64,000 bases of DNA from Dimorphilus gyrociliatus (Eukaryota > Animalia > Annelida), in NCBI GenBank assembly GCA_904063045.1, contig CAJFCJ010000006.1, positions 1 through 64,000 of the forward strand, read 5' to 3'. Position 1 is the first letter of the stretch. Each line of letters opens with the position of its first letter. Positions 53,316 through 64,000 of this stretch are shown one piece after another. Both the position numbers and the translations under genes were made by a program. Below the pieces are notes generated by a model. It searched no databases. It was not told the origin of the DNA and saw nothing but the letters and a program-made list of their open reading frames with translations.

Positions 53316-54315
53316 TTAATTAGAATTTTCATTGTCGGAGTCGTCTGGTTCTGTAAAAACAGATACACTCCGCGATGAACGTCTCCTTATCAGGTTCTCC
53401 TTAAAATCTCCTGTGGCGACTATGTTAGATTTTGGCGGAGATTTTATATTAGCTTGGGACATATGTAGAACACAATATTCTGACCCTGAGAAAGAGATTA
53501 GTCTATGTAATAGAATGAGGTTAGAAAGAGGATATAATTTATTTCCTAACCTTTTGCGCTCGTTTTTTTACACGGCTGTTTTGCTGCTGTGCGGCCTATG
53601 CAGACAGGTCTAGTTGGCGTTCGTCTATTTATATATGTAGGGGTATGTAACAATTTGAAAAATGTTAATATTTCTTAAATAAGACAGCTAACCCTCTGTT
53701 AGCAACAATCGAAATATCTGCTAAAGGCGATCCTGGAACACCGTTATAGACGCTATTATTCAGATTTCTAGCAGAATTAGCCAAGGAATAGCGGCTTATA
53801 ACATCTCTTGGTGATAAAGGCGTCGTTGGCGTCTTCGGAGAATTTAAAGATGCCCGCCTTGCCTGTAAAATGATATATCACTTACAAATCTCTTGACATA
53901 AAATATTAGACATTCAATCAGTTAAGAGAGAAAAAAAAAACAAACCATTGAAAGTCTACTTGGTGTTGCAGGTGTATTTGGTGGATCACACGGTTGCTCA
54001 TCTGCCGACGAGCTAACATAGCTGTATTTTCTTAAAATAGGTTCTAAATCCTCTGGAGAAGAATATAAATAAAAATATGAAAATTTATCCAATAAATTCT
54101 ATTTACTTGGATTCATCTTTTGCAGTAAATCATTTAATTTAGAAATGTCATCAACTTCATGTTCAATCTCTTTTACGTCTTTTGTAGAATTATCTTTCTT
54201 GCGTCTTCTTTTTGCTCGACAAATTTTCACAAGAAATTGAATAACTAGAGATACTGTAGGTAAAAGTATAGCGAATATAGCATTTGTATAGACAAAATCA
54301 TCGATAGAGGTATAG

Positions 54316-54357
<42 letters not shown>

Positions 54358-57084
54358 GTATATCAACTTGGTATTTACTTGTAATTAAAGTTATAAATAC
54401 AGTGCCCATGGAGAATGATTCTAATCCACTCTTCTCGTTTAATGTCAAATAGGCATTAGTTGGGGCTAATATCCATATTAGGAATTTAACAATCAATGGC
54501 AACTTTAAAATAGAGGCAATGGCCGAAAAAGCAAAAAAATATAAGCAATGAATAACAGAAATGTTAAGAAGGTCCATTTTCGAGCCTAAATAAAGAAAAA
54601 AAAATGCGCAATATATAGCATGAGAACAGATAACTAACTTTCTATTTTTACCCGTAAAACCAATAAATTGAGCAATCCATCCTAACTTCGAATCCATATT
54701 ACTAAGAAAAGAAGACATAGTATTTAATACAAAGGTAACGGAATCATTTATTTTTTGCAGCTTTTCCAAAGTTTCCTCGAAATATTCTGTATTCTGTTCA
54801 TTCATTTTCAATAAACGTTGACTATCATCATCTGTAAAGAAGAGCGTAACACGAATAAATGATTAAGGAATTCTTTAAAAAAGAAAATGAATTTATCAAG
54901 TTATCTTAAAGGAACCAAATCTATCTTTCTGCTTGGTATGATTAATTATTTATAAATATTGACTGTACCGCAATAGTCAATGGCTTGGGCATTTGCAATA
55001 GTTATGAGGTTTCGGAAACAGCATCTAAAATTGGTTATTTTAGCCAGTATATTAATTATTAATTTGACTTTAGTTGTTATTTCGTATTGGTCAATTATAA
55101 GTAACAATTGGATATCAAGAAATGGCAGTAAGTTATCTAAAGTCGAACAATTAATGTTGTCGAATTAATTAAATATTCAATAGCTGTAGCTGGTCCATTT
55201 CAATACTGTACTGAAGATCTTGGATGTAAAAAATGGCAAAATATCGATTATAAAATACAATATATACAAGCATTTCTAATCATAAGTTTAATAGTAAGCA
55301 TAATCAATGTTTTTGTCGCTGCAACGTCTTTAATATGTTATTCGACAATTCGGAATCGGAATGCTAATGATAAAGAAAAACAAATAGAAATATGTGGAAC
55401 AATAAACAAAATTTTCTCAAGAATGCGCTGTAAATGCTTTAATGAAAAGGAGAAAAATTGGGTAAAAATAATGAAATACAGCATACAACAATAATAATTC
55501 TACATCATCATTACTGCTATTATTATTTAACAATAGTGCTAATTATGTTTTCGTTGTAGGTGCCATCTTCATCAGTTAAAGTGATGATATTATCTACACT
55601 TTCAACAAAATTTGGTAATTAATATATAAACAATTAATTAGATCTATTTAACGAAACTTTTCTTTTTAATTACTCATTTTTAGTATTTATTATACATATG
55701 TCTATTCATTACTTCTGGAAATCATTAATAGATAAGTCAGAAATAGGACTAGTACCATATTTTCTTATTTTTCCATTCATAATTGTTTTGATGGTGATAA
55801 TATTGAGTCTAATTCTAGGAATGATAACCTTTTTTTGTTGCTATTATCATAAACATGACCAAGATCAATTACGGGTAATAATTCTTTCTAATTACTTGTA
55901 ATATATACTAACCAAATCTCTTCCAGACATCACCTGCCTGAACTCTTATTTCAGCTAAAGCTTTTATAATATCCTTTTGATTATCTTTATGCTTGTCCTC
56001 AGTGGTAAGAAGTTCTTTTACGAAAGAATCTGCAACAATAACGTTAAAAATTGTACATCATTAGTAAATCATTAAACGATTGAAAAGGTTTTTTACAATA
56101 TGTGTAACAGACCTAATTTATCATTTAAACTACCAGTTAGCTCCATAAGTTGTTTATTACCATTGGCGATTAAAGCTTTTTCCCTTGTTAAATCTTTTAA
56201 ATTTGACGCCAATTGGTGATGAACGCTACTTTGGGCATTTTTTATTGCAAGATGTTGTTCAATAAGAGATTTTTGATTTTGTTTCATGTTACTTAGAGTA
56301 TCTTGTGTTTGCTGGGCTAAATTTGATTGACCTTCCTTTATAGAATAAATAAAATTAGTTTTCTACTGCATCAATATTTAAAGACATAATTATATACTTT
56401 AAGCATTTTCATTGCCTCCATTTGTCCTTGCGCTGTACTTAGTAAATTATTAACAGTATATTCAGTTTTTAGTCTAAATTGTTGCTGACGCGTCGCGTAG
56501 CAGATAGCTCTAGCTCGATTCGAGACAATTTGATAGGCATTCCATGTTGTTGGTTCCATACTCCTTGTACAATCGGCTAAAGACTGTATAGAAAATTTTT
56601 ACCTATGAAAACAATAACTAATTGTAAATAGTAACTTCTTATTATACCATATCATCAGTACATTCGAAAGTTTGTCTCTCCTCCGTTTCCGCTTGACAGT
56701 TGTATAATCTGACAGCGAACTTTCCAAGACTCTCTTCTGATAATCCAGAGCATGAACTTCTTAGACTAGCGACAACCTAATAAAGTATGTACACAACCAA
56801 ATTATACTTATTTGCTTCAAATGTTACATAATTACAGTCAACTATAGTCATACCTGATGATGGCACAGATCTAAAGGTGATAATTTTTCAGCGAATTTTG
56901 CTTCCGCTAAAAAACCTTCATCTACTGTTTTTAATTCAAATTGAGTGGGTTTATTTTTAACAGATTCAGGCGCGGCATCAACTTCTTCATTATTTTGACT
57001 ACGCGAGAAAAACCAGGCATTTGTATTACAAAATTGAAGAGATATTATTAAAAAGAGAATTTCTTTCAATCCAAACAGCTTCAT
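53316..57084 (-). CDS. bmb: Brambleberry (GEX1/Kar5-related nuclear envelope fusion protein)
   Basis: Signal MKLFGLKEILFLIISLQFCNTNA; Cys-rich luminal domain CSGLSEESLGKFAVRLYNCQAETEERQTFECTDDM...TWNAYQIVSNRARAICYATRQQQF; coiled coil; TM helices; Ser/Pro-rich tail. Confidence 0.9.
54321..54350. repeat. (TA)15 microsatellite abutting a brambleberry splice acceptor
   Basis: Perfect TA run inside the 59-nt intron 54320-54378. Confidence 0.9.
54980..55941 (+). CDS. Claudin/PMP22-like four-TM protein nested antisense in brambleberry intron 54832-56112 (central junction uncertain)
   Basis: TM1 LVILASILIINLTLVVISYW; 56-nt intron 55128-55183; loop W-ISRNGT-VAGPFQYCTEDLGC (variant of the claudin W...GLWxxC...C signature); TM2 AFLIISLIVSIINVFVAATSLIC; last TM YFLIFPFIIVLMVIILSLILGMITFFCC; final exon TSPA* ending 55941. 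Confidence 0.6.
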
Positions 57085-57829
57085 CTGTAGAGTTAATCGT
57101 CGCTTGATTATTTCAAGTTTAACTAATTTCAGTTTGCCTCCATTAGTCACGTGACTTTTAAAATGACATAATAGAAATGTCTCTATTGGTTAGTTATGTA
57201 CGCTTTAACCTATAGAATAGTTTATTACTAAACTGGCCTTGACATTAATGCTCTTTAAACTGCTGAGTAGTTTAACAGATTATTGCACTTATATTATTTG
57301 TTTATAGAGAGAGACTACTTATATTCGGAAGGAAATATGAAAACAATAAGTATTTATCAATATAAAAGGTTTATAGAAATATTGCACACATATAAATCTA
57401 CTAGATGGCGTTGTTTATCCTTTAGAGTAACAAACATCAGAATACTTTTTAAAAGAATTAAATACACATGCCTTATTTGAACTATTTAGAAATGACTGAT
57501 CTTCACAATACATCTCCAATTCTACATTTCAATTATTGTTTTTGATGTATAAAAAATAGATATCCATTTAAATATAATCTCCAGAAACAATGCTTATTAT
57601 ATGCAATCCAAGTTTGAACGTTTGTGTATTTGACACTCTGATTATTACGTAACAGGACAGGGTAACAACTTTGAGAAAATCAAGATGCAGCTATGAATAA
57701 TCCACAATCAGTTGCTTTTGTTCACTTTTTTTGAAATGTAAAAACATAAATAAACAAATTTTTCGAACAAATTTGATGATTTATTTTTTTTGTCGTTTTT
57801 CTTTTTACAACATTATTTAACAGAAAAGT

Positions 57830-58986
57830 TTAACTTGTATTTTCCAGACGAGATCCTATCTGGAGCACCAAAAAAAAGAGAAAGAGAGAAATATATTCAA
57901 ACCGCCAGAAAAGTTGCTGATCCGTTTAACTCTCCTCTACTGCTATTCCAACCTTCCTTAGCGTTTGGGCTGTAATATCGGGCTCTTATAGTTGCTTGTG
58001 AAACTCTGCGACTGTTTAGAAGAGACATTTGATTCATGAAAAATAGTTTTTTCAATCCTTTCCTCATGTCCGGTCGATAGATAGCATAAACAAAAGGGTT
58101 ACAAGCGGAAGCCATGTACTGCAAAATCGAGGCAGCCGTGGAAACTCTATTATCTAGACGATACTATAAAAAAAGAAAAAAAACAATTAAATTATCTCTT
58201 ATCTTTAATTAAATTAATAAATACCTTGATAACTTTTAAAAGCTTTGTAACGCAAAAAGGTGCCATAAATATGAAGAAAAGAACAACGATGGTGAACAGA
58301 GATAGAATTAATTTTATGTCTTTATGAGCCCGATTTTCTTCTAATCTTTTTGAATTTTTTGTAAAGGCGGCTTTAATAATCGACGAATAAATAAATACTA
58401 GTCCGACAAATGGTATCGCGAAGCACATGGTAAAAGCAGCTATGACGTAGATAACTGTACCTTCCATATTCCAGTCTATTGCGCAAATAGCCTCCCAGTA
58501 ATCGTAATGAACCCATCCTTTAATTATCGGTGGTACAACCCCAAATGCAATACCTTGGATCCAAGACCAAGATATAAATCCGTAAATAACGTATTTTGTA
58601 ATGAGATCCCTATGTTGAAATAGATAAACGATGCTGAAATACCTATCCACTCCGATAAAGAACATAGTCATCATTGAAGCTATGATGAGACAGTAGTTAA
58701 AAGAGCAAACTAATTTACACCATATGGATGGAATTTCCCTTACATCACCCGTTACCGTTATCACTGCTGTTAGCATGACGAGAACTGCATTCAATATGTC
58801 TGACATAGCTAAATTGATGATTAATTTATTCGAGTATTCTTTTCTCAGAGTAGTCGATTTCAGGATTGCCAAAATTACCAAAATATTCCCAATTAAGGCT
58901 ATCGATAGCACAAATGCAATCGATGTTGATACGATTATCGTTTCTAAGACGTTCCGTCCCTCATATACGTATGTCTGATTCTTCAT
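57830..58986 (-). CDS. Class A (rhodopsin-like) orphan GPCR, loosely GPR161-like
   Basis: GN in TM1, LAMSD in TM2, DRYF after TM3, NPFVY in TM7. No TM3 Asp and no TM7 Lys. Last micro-exon IGSRLENTS* inferred from a strong polypyrimidine acceptor; alternatively the gene stops at 57897. Confidence 0.9.
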
Positions 58987-59657
58987 TTATGAATTACTAT
59001 ACTTGTCTAGACCTTTAGGTAGTTCGAAAAAGAATTTCTGAGTCAACTTTTGATGCTTTGTTCTAACGAGCTGAGAGTTAATTTAAAAAAAATGACGTAA
59101 ATTATTAATTGATATATAAGTGTATTATATTTTTATATACTAAGAATATATAGTATATAACATACAATTACATGTATTTACATAATTATTTTTTAATAAT
59201 TATATATTTATATATATTAGTATATACTGTAGTTTGATTTTAATGTATACATATATATAGATTTATGTATATATGTCTCATATATTAATATATTAATCTT
59301 AATAGTCTAAAACATCAATGCCATCATTTACAGATAATAAAAATAGATATTTATACACAACCTCCAATTCTAACTATTGAATAAAAAAAATAAAATTTAA
59401 TATTATATAATAGGCGCTATTCTATTTTTAAAGGCTTTTCCGCTTTTATACTGGTACAATGTCCAATTTTTGTTTAAGAAGTTTCTCTTAAAAAATAAAG
59501 TACTTGTTTAAAGTTGTAAACTCTTCAATCAACAATATAATCAATCATCTTGACCAATGAAAGCCTTTTTTTTATCGTTAGAATATTGTTAATTTATTAA
59601 TTCCTTTTTATTTTAAATACTATTTATTCTACTTTCATTAATGAATTGTGTACACAA

Positions 59658-59696
59658 GAAGAAGAAGAGGAGGAGGAGGAAGAAGGAGAAGAAGCA
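59658..59696. repeat. Purine-rich (GAA/GAG)n simple repeat
   Basis: AAGAAGAAGAAGAGGAGGAGGAGGAAGAAGGAGAAGAAG. Confidence 0.8.
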
Positions 59697-61404
59697 GTTG
59701 GAATAGAAAAAGAAGGAAAGTGTAAAGTTTATCGTAATTTGACACATTTAATCTAATAATTAGAGAGAACAAACTATTTAATTTTATAATAAATAAAATA
59801 TCTTTTCACAGTTTGTTTGAACTAATAAGCCTGAAATAAACGCTGTATACATACGCCAAAATATAGATAATCATTGTCTAAAATATTTAATTAATCTAAC
59901 CAGAATATTAAAGAGCGATAGTCTTCTATTTATCCTATTATAATAAATTTGTTGGAAACGAATTGGTAATGTCCTTATCCGTAATATTATAATATTTTCT
60001 CTCTCTCTCTCTTTCTCGTTCTTTCTCATTCTTCTCTCTCTTATATAATATATCTACTCAAAAGCCTGGGAAAAGAAGTTTGCAACATTTTTTATGTTTT
60101 CGTACCCCTACCGATGGAAATCTTTTAATCTTAAGATAAAAAAATTTAGGATAATGATAAAGAATGGGTTTCTAATCCCATATATTTCTTTTTGTTTATA
60201 TCAATAATTATTTGTAGAAGATAATTATCCATTACCAGTTAAAACTTAAAAAGAATTCCTAACCTTTTATAAGAGGATGTTTAGAATTCCGAGGGTATTG
60301 CGATTTAATAAATATTCTCATAGTCAACCATTTGTTGTCGAAATAAGAACATTTGAAAATTTTCTCTTTCCTATATACGTGGCTAAGCCTGTTTCTCTTT
60401 AGATTGTCTTTTTTTTCCTTAAATTTTTACTCTAGGCTTTCTCCGCTTCCTCTCATTGTATTTAAAAAAAATTCCTTATACAGGTCAACCAATCACGTGA
60501 TTCTTACAATCAAAAATATTAAATCAGTTTTTAGCTTTTTTACGTATTTATTAAAGATTATACTAATAAAATACTAATTAGATTAAAATTTGTTATTATT
60601 CTTAAATAATCTTGCTTTTGCTATTAAAAGAAATTACCTACACCTTTCTGATAGACCGGAGTCGCTTGAGCCTATTTCAGATAAGTACTTTGAAGGTGAT
60701 TATGGGAATAGGAGGGAGGGAGGGGGAAGGGGGACGGAGGGGAGGTCGGTCGGGGTTGAAGTGGGAGAGGATATAACTTTCAATACGTAGAAAATTAGCA
60801 TTTAAATACGTGAGTACAAGTTAAAAAGCTTTTTTTATTAAAAAAAAAACAAATGGCGTTACTTGGCCTTAGTAAAAAAAGAAATTAATTAAAAATGCTT
60901 ATGATAGAGATATACAGCGTCTGTAAGTCTATAGGCAATGAATATGTTAGAGAAAAATGAAAATAAATAATAATATCCAGTTAATTTTTCCAGTTCCTCT
61001 TCTCCTTCCCGCTATCATTCCCCTTTGGCTCTGTTTTTTTTCATCTTTCTTATTTTTAATAAAAGGAAAAGGTACGTGGGCACTTTTATTCATTTATCAA
61101 CGGTGGCGCTTCCCCTACAATATATAAGAACAAGAGCTGTGCGTCACATTCGACGCTCTTACGGTTTAAGTCTTGGTAGGAAATTTGGTAATAAATTTAG
61201 AGAAACTTACAGGTGTTTATTAATCTTTTAAATGTATTTCTTTTTCTATTTAAAAGTTATTTAGTAAAGAAATATTATAAGAATAAATAAAACGCGATAT
61301 TTAATTTTTGCGTCTTTTTTGAACTTTCTTTCTAGAATTATTCTCAATGAAATATTTTTTCAGGCAGTAATTTAACTGCATCTATAGGCCTTTATTAATT
61401 GATT

Positions 61405-64000
61405 ATGGATACTAAAGAATTTCGAATACGAGGAAGGGAGATGGTCGACTATATTGCCGATTATCTGGAGACGATTTCAACTAGAAGGGTTCTTCCAGAG
61501 GTAAGGATATTTAAAAGTTGAATGATAAAGTTAGAAAGTAGAAAAAAAGTTTAAATAGAATCGAAATGTAAAGGTTGAAAGAATCTTATAGATTTAATAT
61601 CTAGGTTCAACCTGGCTATTTAAGATCGATGTTACCATCAAGACCGCCAAGGAATCCGGAAAAATGGGAAGATATTATGAGGGATGTGGAAAAAGCCATC
61701 ATGCCTGGGGTTTGTATAGACAGTACGAGTAAATTTTGAACGTGACAGCGCATTATAGAAATAGCTAACCAGGAAACTGAAAAACGGAAGATCTTTACAA
61801 CAGTTCTATTTGAGAAGCAATTGTGTAAACGCTCTTATTCACCTTTTTGCTTTCTATATTTATTACAGCCACTTAATTTTTTCTTGTCGTAAAACAGCTT
61901 TTCTTCTAGCTTTTCAGCTATATATAGATTTTATAGATATATCTATTTTTCACTGCGCCATCTGCCGTTGCGTAATAAAACTTTATTCTATTTTAATTAT
62001 GTAAATATATATTTAGCTAACCCATTGGCAACACCCACGCTTCCATGCTTACTTTCCAGCCGGAAATTCTTACCCATCCATCCTTGGTGATATGCTAAGT
62101 GATGCCGTAGGATGCGTCGGTTTCTCCTGGGTAAGTGACGCCTCTTAATGTCATAGCCACAGATCGCGAAGCGAATGTGCATCGGACATTTCGATAGATT
62201 GATGACTGGTCCTATTAATTATTTCTCTCTTTCTTGTACAGGCAGCTAGTCCAGCCTGTACAGAGCTGGAAATAATTGTTTTGGATTGGGTCGCAAAAAT
62301 GATAGGCTTACCTAAATGCTTTACTCATGATAGCGGTACTGGAGGAGGTGTACTACAAGGTTCAGCTAGCGAGTGTGTACTTGTTAGTCTGTTAGCCGCT
62401 AGATACGCAGCTATACATGATCTTAAGAAAAAGTTTTCATTCGTTGACGAGGGTCTTCTGCTCTCTAGAATGGTTGCGTATTGTTCCAAAATGGCTCATT
62501 CCTGTGTTGAAAAGGCGGGTATTATAGCTATGGTCAAAATGAGGGAATTGGAAACCGATGGTAGTTATTCGCTAAGAGGCGATACTCTGGAGAAAGCGAT
62601 CGAAGAAGATCGAAAGAATGGTCTTATACCATTTTACGTGTGCGCTACCCTAGGTACAACTTCTGTCTGCTCTTTTGATAATTTACCAGAATTGGGTAAA
62701 GTTTGTGAGAAGGAAAATCTTTGGCTTCATGTGGATGCCGCCTATGCGGGTTCGGCGTTTATTTGTCCAGAGTTTCAATCTTTATTAAAAGGTGTAGAGG
62801 TAGCGTATTCTTTTTATTTGAAATAGAATATACAATAAATTAATTGTTCATTTTAAAGACTAAGTTATTAACCAATTTTATGCATTATCCACAAATAGAA
62901 TGCTAATTCATTCAATATGAATCCGAATAAATGGATGTTAGTGAACTTTGATTGCTCGACAATGTGGGCCAAAGATAAAATGGTTCTCACTCAGGCTCTA
63001 ACTGTAGATCCATTGTATCTCCAACACCATCATTCAGATAAAGCTGTTGATTTCAGAGTGAGCGTGTGTTATAATAATAAAAATAGGTAATTATCTATTA
63101 TGAATTGTAAACGACCAGAGTAATCTCTTTCAGCATTGGGGTATTCCATTAAGCAGACGATTCCGGTCGCTCAAGTTATGGTTTGTTATACGTTCTTACG
63201 GAATCGACGGTTTGCAAAAATATATCAGAGAAGTATGATAAAATTTATCTTTCTTAAGATATACATAAATAAATTATAATATCTTTGAATAAATTAGCTA
63301 AATTTTATTCTATATAAAAATATAGCACTGCAGATTGGCAAAGAAATTCGAGCTCCTAGTTAGAAAAGACGAACGCTTCGAAGTATTGGGAAACGTTAGA
63401 ATGGGCTTAGTATGTTTTAGGTTGAAAGTGAGTTGTAAAGAGGGAAAATTAAACATTTCTAAGAAAGTATATTGTATTTTTAGGGTTCCAATATTAGAAC
63501 CCAAACTCTTTTAAGGGCTATAAACATGTCCGGTAAACTGCATATGGTTCCAGCTCTGCTTAACGAACATTACGTAATTCGCTTTGCGATTTGCGCCCAA
63601 AACGCTTCGGAAGACGACATAATCTTTGCTTGGCAGGTAAACTGCGTCACGGATTTCATCCTTCTCTTTCATAATATAAAATAAATATAAATAGACGTTT
63701 TATATTGATAGGTTATTAGCGCTATGGCCTCTGAAGTACTTGCTGCAGTTGATTCGAATTTGGAGAAGGAAGGTTTTGAACTGGAAAGAAATAACGTAGA
63801 GGTGAAAAATGAAAAGAATATGGACGAGAGAAGACGAGAAAAAGACGTTGATAAATATGTAATACAAAATATATTCCAATTAATAGTAATATAATAATTA
63901 AGTTTTTTCGTCAGTCTTCATCATCACCAGAACTTAGCGAAGAAGAAATCGAAGAAGAGTTCTTATACGATGCCAATATACCATCCATTCCAACTAGATA
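61405..64000 (+). CDS. Tdc: PLP-dependent aromatic amino acid decarboxylase, most likely tyrosine decarboxylase (3' end beyond window)
   Basis: [21 protein letters not shown]...[26 protein letters not shown]...[21 protein letters not shown]...NPNKW (PLP Lys)...[26 protein letters not shown] and SASECV favour Tdc over DDC (QIPLGRRF) or HDC (QIPLSRRF). Confidence 0.9.

Noticed and set aside
51361-53613. Antisense ORFs over NSA2 and the + ORF 53332-53613
   Set aside because: Shadows of real coding sequence on the opposite strand (NSA2, brambleberry last exons).
57279-57295. miR-92-like TATTGCACTT
   Set aside because: Seed-length match only; no hairpin.
57897-58160. GPCR as an opsin
   Set aside because: The position equivalent to the retinal-binding Lys in TM7 is Tyr (QYMASACNPFVY).
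57830-64000. Tyramine/octopamine receptor next to tyrosine decarboxylase as a functional cluster
   Set aside because: The GPCR lacks the TM3 Asp required by amine receptors (CSFNYCLII).
1-64000. Intact transposon, rRNA, snRNA or prokaryotic-type systems
   Set aside because: No transposase/RT/integrase motifs, terminal repeats or RNA gene signatures recognised; the DNA is clearly spliceosomal and eukaryotic.

Overview
AT-rich, gene-dense eukaryotic (animal) genomic DNA with very short introns (typically about 50-90 nt). The gene content (animal USP, tyrosine decarboxylase, brambleberry, CDON/ihog) points to a compact invertebrate, probably lophotrochozoan, genome; a miniaturised annelid such as Dimorphilus is my unverified guess. 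I spliced exons by hand. Order: USP (-), PLB1-like GDSL lipase (+), SLC25 carrier (+), survivin (-) head-to-head with POC1 (+, hosting an unknown antisense nested gene), then a 20-kb tandem array of five highly diverged secreted paralogues (signal peptide - EGF or Cys remnant - PAN - unnamed Cys/Trp module - 4 to 5 F5/8/fucolectin-like domains - PAN). After that: CDON/BOC/ihog-like receptor (-), EMC8/9 (-) head-to-head with intronless NSA2 (+), brambleberry (-, hosting an antisense nested claudin-like gene), an orphan class A GPCR (-), and a tyrosine decarboxylase (+) running off the right edge. No rRNA, tRNA, CRISPR or intact transposon is supportable. The best candidate for an undescribed system is the five-gene lectin-like array and its unnamed module.
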